NCBI RefSeq assembly: GCF_000189295.2
Contig: NC_016803.1
Coordinates: 1,020,001 to 1,052,000 of the forward strand
DNA: 32,000 nt
Origin: Pseudodesulfovibrio mercurii
GTDB taxonomy: Bacteria > Desulfobacterota > Desulfovibrionia > Desulfovibrionales > Desulfovibrionaceae
Direction of reading: 5' to 3'
The position numbers and the translations under genes were made by a program. The notes beneath the pieces were generated by a model that saw nothing but the letters and a program-made list of their open reading frames with translations, made no database searches and was not told the DNA's origin. Of this stretch, positions 28,266-32,000 are shown in pieces (within the stretch, counting starts at the first letter, position 1; each line of letters begins with the position of its first letter).

Positions 28266-28664
28266 ATGCCCAAGACACTTACTTTACTGCTGATGTCCGG
28301 TTCCGCCGAAAACGAGGACGCTGAATTCGCCACAAAACTGAGTTCGGCAGCTCTTGAAAAAGGACATCGTGTTCAAATCTATCTTTTCGGCAATGCGGTG
28401 AATCTTTCCAAAAAGGAATTCCCCATAGAAGGCGATCTTCATATCGCTCCGATGCTGATTGAGCATATCGAACCAACAAAAAGCTTTACAAGGATTGCAG
28501 AGTTATGCCGCGAAGGCGCCGACATTTCAACATGCCATACTAATGAACACGCCCGGGGCATCGAGTCACGAGAGTATATCGATGGAGTAAAATGGGGAGA
28601 TGTTGGAGGGACATTTACAAAATATCTTCTCGGATCCGATGTATTACTTTCAATCTCGCACTAG
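28266..28664 (+). CDS. DsrE/TusD-like protein with the conserved active-site-position cysteine
   Basis: 132 aa. LTLLLMSGSAENEDAEFATKLSSAALEKGHRVQIYLFGNAV, then ADISTCHTNEHARGI (the C-x6-RG position equivalent to the DsrE/TusD persulfide-carrying Cys), then DVLLSI at the C-terminus. Confidence 0.75.
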   Translation: MPKTLTLLLMSGSAENEDAEFATKLSSAALEKGHRVQIYLFGNAVNLSKKEFPIEGDLHIAPMLIEHIEPTKSFTRIAELCREGADISTCHTNEHARGIESREYIDGVKWGDVGGTFTKYLLGSDVLLSISH

Positions 28665-28721
28665 CTCAAACGGCTAGTCCTTTTGGGGCATTGTAACTTA
28701 TGCATTCCAATAGAGGTTAAT

Positions 28722-29054
28722 ATGATTAATTCACTCGTGTTGTTTGTCAACAAACCACTTGGGGTAGAGTTGTCCGCCCTTGGTGTCAGGACGGCCTGGG
28801 CATGTCATGAAAACTCTTTTGACGTAAAGTTGATTTTTCTTGGCGACGGGGTGTGGTGTGCGACTGACAAGCGCGGCTACCATGCTGAAATGATAAAAAG
28901 ACTCATCGAAAATGATGGCGAAGTTTTTTGTGTGGAAGAAAGTCTGAAAGAACAGGGTATCGATCCGGACAGCCTCATCGAAGGTATTGATGTTGTGCCC
29001 CGTGAGGAGATCTGTGATTTCTGTGAAGACGTTGAAAGTGTTGTTTCATTCTAA
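28722..29054 (+). CDS. DsrF/TusC-like protein
   Basis: 110 aa from ATG 28722 (RBS AGAGG). LVLFVNKPLG...LGVRTAWACHENSFDVKLIFLGDGVWC, then EVFCVEESLKEQGI and DVESVVSF, follow the DsrF/TusC pattern. Confidence 0.7.
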   Translation: MINSLVLFVNKPLGVELSALGVRTAWACHENSFDVKLIFLGDGVWCATDKRGYHAEMIKRLIENDGEVFCVEESLKEQGIDPDSLIEGIDVVPREEICDFCEDVESVVSF

Positions 29055-29070
29055 ATAAGGATTAAATACC

Positions 29071-29508
29071 ATGCCAGAAGTTACTTTTGCAAGAAACGTT
29101 GCTACCGGAAAAGATACGTACAAGCTTGGTTCTTGTTTCTCCGAAGAATTTGTTTTTGACTTGAACTCTGTTTCTGTTGAAGAACGAAATCAGGATCACA
29201 CCGGAGCCAGGTTGTTGTGCGCTGCAGCACTCGCGTGCTTCTGCAACACTTTTTACAACGAGCTTGTCAACTCTGGTGCTGAAGTCAAATTTATCCACGC
29301 TTCAGCAAACACTGAAAAAGAACAAGACCTGACTATGAGAACGCATTATTGCGCTATGAGTATTGAATTAGAAGCTGGAATGAACGAAAAATATATGCAT
29401 ATCTTTGATGAAGTTGCGGAGCATATGCTCAATGGATCACTGCTTACATATAGCCTTGAAGAAGCAATGAGCATTGATTACAACTTCAAGTTAACTTTTG
29501 TTGATTAA
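29071..29508 (+). CDS. OsmC/Ohr-superfamily-like protein
   Basis: 145 aa, RBS AAGGA. GARLLCAAALACFCNTFYNEL resembles the OsmC helix motif (P.ELL.AAL..C). The canonical second Cys (CP motif near the C-terminus) appears replaced (EHMLNGSLL). Last gene of the array. Confidence 0.6.
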   Translation: MPEVTFARNVATGKDTYKLGSCFSEEFVFDLNSVSVEERNQDHTGARLLCAAALACFCNTFYNELVNSGAEVKFIHASANTEKEQDLTMRTHYCAMSIELEAGMNEKYMHIFDEVAEHMLNGSLLTYSLEEAMSIDYNFKLTFVD

Positions 29509-29555
29509 TATTTGACACAACATACTGACGCAATTAACGCCTCCATCCTAAAACA

Positions 29556-29587
29556 GGGGTGCCCACGGTGCGAGCCATGGGCACCCC
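29556..29587. terminator. GC-rich hairpin downstream of the array (possible terminator)
   Basis: GGGGTGCCCA (29556-29565), 12-nt loop, TGGGCACCCC (29578-29587). It lies 48 nt after the OsmC-like stop. There is no clear T-tract on the + strand. Confidence 0.4.
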
Positions 29588-29940
29588 ACCCCTCGCCACT
29601 TCATATAATAAAGTTTAACATTACGCCGAGTAGATATAAAACATCCGTCCATGACGAAACGTTTTATCGATATGCCTGACAAGCGCAGCCTTATCTGACC
29701 ATCACCATAATCACCCAAAAGGTAACCCCCTGCCCTGGTTAGAAAACAGAGCAAGGCGTGGCTTTCCAGAAACGTGGTGGGTATTTTTTGAAATAGATCC
29801 GCCATCATTACAGTTATATCCTTCCAGTTGCTGAAGCTAGGTCAAAACGGTAGGTCAACGTGCAAATACAAAGGACACGTCAAAACACAATAGACAAACA
29901 AAATCACAATATTGCCGCACAGCTGAAAAGTTGGGACTTC

Positions 29941-29976
29941 CGAGTCTTCTCTTCGGCACAAGTAAAGAACAAGGGT
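29941..29976 (+). repeat. attR: displaced copy of the tRNA-Leu 3' end (36-bp direct repeat)
   Basis: CGAGTCTTCTCTTCGGCACAAGTAAAGAACAAGGGT, 35/36 identical to 11351-11386. GC rises sharply immediately to the right. Confidence 0.85.
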
Positions 29977-30352
29977 CCCAACCAGCAGGTTGAGGCCCCT
30001 TTTCTTTTGTCGCTGGCAAGGTTCGGCGCATCTCCTCCCGGCACTACGGGTGCGCGGGGACAGCCCCCCGCCCCGGCCTCTTCCCCTGCCGCCCCCGGCC
30101 ATTCCCTCCCTGACCATTGCGGCCTGATCGGGACACTCCCCAGGCCGAAGCGGACTTTCCTTGTAAAAAAGCCAATAACTCGCTATGGCGTTATCATCAG
30201 GTTCCTTTTGATCGCGGACGCTCCCGGGATTGCCGGGGCATCCGCGCGGACGGTCGGGCACGGCATCCCTCCGGCAGGCGGCGTGACGTGGCTCGCGGCA
30301 TCGCGTTCCCCGCTCCTCACGACATGGCCATATCCAAACAGAGGTCCATTCC

Positions 30353-31960
30353 ATGGCAGTCATAACGCCCCGCGATCTGGAAAACGGGAAGACCCTCGAA
30401 GCGGACATCTGCATCTGCGGATCGGGACCGGCGGGCATCAGCCTGGCCCACGCCCTGGAGGGCTCCGGCCGCTCCGTCTGCATCGTCGAAAGCGGCATCG
30501 ACAAACCCAACGAGGAAATACAGCATCTCAACGACCTGGAGAACGTGGGCTTCCCCCTGCGTCCGCACTTCGTCAACCGGCTGCGGATGATCGGCGGCAC
30601 ATCGAACCTGTGGCCCGGCAGGTGCGTCCGCCTGGACCCCATCGACTTCGAGCGGCGGCCGTGGGTCCCCTTCAGCGGCTGGCCGCTCGCCTACGCCGAA
30701 TACACGGCCTACATGCGCAGGGCCGCACCCCTGCTGCGCCTGCCCGAGCCGTGCCCCGAATCCCCGCTGGCGGACGGCGGGAGTCCGTCCCACATACCCG
30801 GTCCCGAGGCCTGGGACGCGGCGGGCCTGGACGCGACCGAAGGGCTGTGGGCCAAGGCCCCGGCCCGGTTCTGGCCGATCTTCCGGAAACGGCTCACCCG
30901 GTCCTCGGGCGTGACGCTCATCGCCGACCTGACCCTCACAGGGCTCGACTTCAGCGACGACGGCGGCCACGTGACGTCCCTGGAGACCCGCGACCGCTCC
31001 GGCAGGCGGTTCACCGTCCGCGCCGGGCAGTACATCCTGGCCATGGGCGGGCTGGAAAACACCCGCACCCTGCTGCTCGCCGCGGAGCGAAACGCGCAGG
31101 CCCGGATACCCCGCGCGCCCCTGGGCAAGTATTACATGGACCACCCCAAGACCACCTGCGGCCGGATAGAACTCGCCGAGGGGGTGGACTGGCGCCGGCT
31201 GGTCGGCCGCCACGCCGTGCCCGGCGGAAGACGCCAGCTGCTCTTCCGGCTGTCCCCCGAGACGCAGCGCCGCGAAGGGCTGCTCAATGCCTACGTCAAT
31301 CTGGAGCCCAGCTATTCGGGCGGTACCGAGGCCAACTACAACCGGACCATCGAAATCCTCAAGCGGCTGCTCCGCAAGGGACACGTGGGCAACCGCCTGG
31401 ACCTCTCGGAGATGGAGGGGATGCGCGACCTCATCTACCAGCTCACGCCCGACGAGATAGTGCCCTACCCGGTCTATCGCCTGCTCCAGTTCGTGAAGCA
31501 GCATCTGAAAAAGCCGCCCCGGCATCTGGTCATCGTCAACCACTGCGAACAGATACCCAACGAAAACAGCAAGATATCGCTCTCCGACCAACGCGACCGG
31601 TTCGACAACCCGCGCATCCGGCTGCACTGGGAGGTGGTCCCGGCGGAGATCGAGACCCTGGCCCGCCTGCAAACACATCTCGCCGACTTCCTGGAGCAAA
31701 ACGGGATCGGCAAGCTGGTGACCGACGTCTCCGAACTGTCCGGCTCCCACTACACGGACGCGTCCCACCACATGGGCGGGACGCGCATGAGCGCGGACCG
31801 GGAGACCGGCGTGGTGGACGAACATCTCGCGGTGCACGGCGTGGACAACCTGCACGTGCTCGGCAGCTCCGTCTTCCCGACCGGAGGCGCCGCGAACCCG
31901 ACCTGGTCCATCGTCGCCCTGGCCCTGCGCCTGGCGGACCGGCTGACGGACAGCACCTAG
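30353..31960 (+). CDS. GMC-family FAD-dependent oxidoreductase
   Basis: 535 aa. N-terminal Rossmann motif DICICGSGPAGISLAHAL...CIVESG. C-terminal GMC signature HHMGGTRMS...VVDEHLAVHGVDNLHVLGSSVFPTGGAANPTWSIVALALRLADRL. Confidence 0.88.
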   Translation: MAVITPRDLENGKTLEADICICGSGPAGISLAHALEGSGRSVCIVESGIDKPNEEIQHLNDLENVGFPLRPHFVNRLRMIGGTSNLWPGRCVRLDPIDFERRPWVPFSGWPLAYAEYTAYMRRAAPLLRLPEPCPESPLADGGSPSHIPGPEAWDAAGLDATEGLWAKAPARFWPIFRKRLTRSSGVTLIADLTLTGLDFSDDGGHVTSLETRDRSGRRFTVRAGQYILAMGGLENTRTLLLAAERNAQARIPRAPLGKYYMDHPKTTCGRIELAEGVDWRRLVGRHAVPGGRRQLLFRLSPETQRREGLLNAYVNLEPSYSGGTEANYNRTIEILKRLLRKGHVGNRLDLSEMEGMRDLIYQLTPDEIVPYPVYRLLQFVKQHLKKPPRHLVIVNHCEQIPNENSKISLSDQRDRFDNPRIRLHWEVVPAEIETLARLQTHLADFLEQNGIGKLVTDVSELSGSHYTDASHHMGGTRMSADRETGVVDEHLAVHGVDNLHVLGSSVFPTGGAANPTWSIVALALRLADRLTDST

Positions 31961-32000
31961 GACACGGACCGGAACGACAACCAAGCAACACAACAACCGG

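Larger units (their letters stand above)
11351..29976. mobile_element. tRNA-Leu-integrated genomic island (~18.6 kb), probably immobilised
   Basis: Bounded by 36-bp direct repeats that include the tRNA 3' end. An integrase remnant lies next to attL. GC drops from ~67-77% (flank samples) to 30-60% inside. Confidence 0.78.

Noticed and set aside
29548-29808. 86-aa minus-strand ORF between the OsmC-like gene and attR. I considered whether it is an excisionase or small regulator.
   Set aside because: I see no HTH or Xis-like motif. The ORF reads straight through the 10-bp GC hairpin at 29556-29587, and its composition looks non-coding.
29977-30352. ORF 30117-30365 (+) and the very GC-rich spacer between attR and the GMC oxidoreductase gene.
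   Set aside because: The translation is Arg/Pro-rich with no motif and overlaps the GMC start. It is most likely the native intergenic or promoter region.
1-32000. I looked for CRISPR arrays, toxin-antitoxin pairs, restriction-modification or other defence genes, transposases and IS inverted repeats, rRNA, and riboswitch-like leaders.
   Set aside because: I saw no regularly spaced repeats, no nuclease, methylase or helicase motifs, and no transposase signatures. The only mobile-element signatures are the att repeats and the two recombinase remnants.

Overview
The window is a high-GC chromosomal backbone (about 67-77% GC in hand-counted 60-nt samples). It carries selB, selA, folC, an M18 aminopeptidase, a Cache/HAMP chemoreceptor, an AEC permease and a GMC oxidoreductase. 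This gene content looks like a Desulfovibrio-type sulfate reducer, but that is inference only. An ~18.6-kb genomic island interrupts the backbone at the 3' end of tRNA-Leu(CAG). The island is bounded by 36-bp direct repeats at 11351-11386 and 29941-29976 (35/36 identical). It is compositionally mosaic. The left part (11.4-17.4 kb, ~52-60% GC) holds two decayed tyrosine-recombinase genes and a YdiJ-like FAD/Fe-S 2-hydroxyacid dehydrogenase. The right part (17.4-29.9 kb, ~30-52% GC) is the most interesting region. There, a GAF-like sigma-54 enhancer-binding protein lies divergent from a -24/-12 promoter and a same-strand array of 11 genes. The array encodes a cytoplasmic Thr-nucleophile alkaline-phosphatase/NPP-superfamily hydrolase, a TctCBA tripartite tricarboxylate-type transporter, an MFS permease, a small orphan ORF, two tandem paralogous ~195-aa proteins, a DsrH/DsrE/DsrF-like (TusB/D/C-like) trio and an OsmC-like protein. 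By eye, the two paralogs look like miniaturised AP-fold proteins that have lost their catalytic residues. I know of no characterised pathway with this gene combination, so it is my best candidate for an undescribed system. All functional calls come from by-eye motif recognition; no database search was run.
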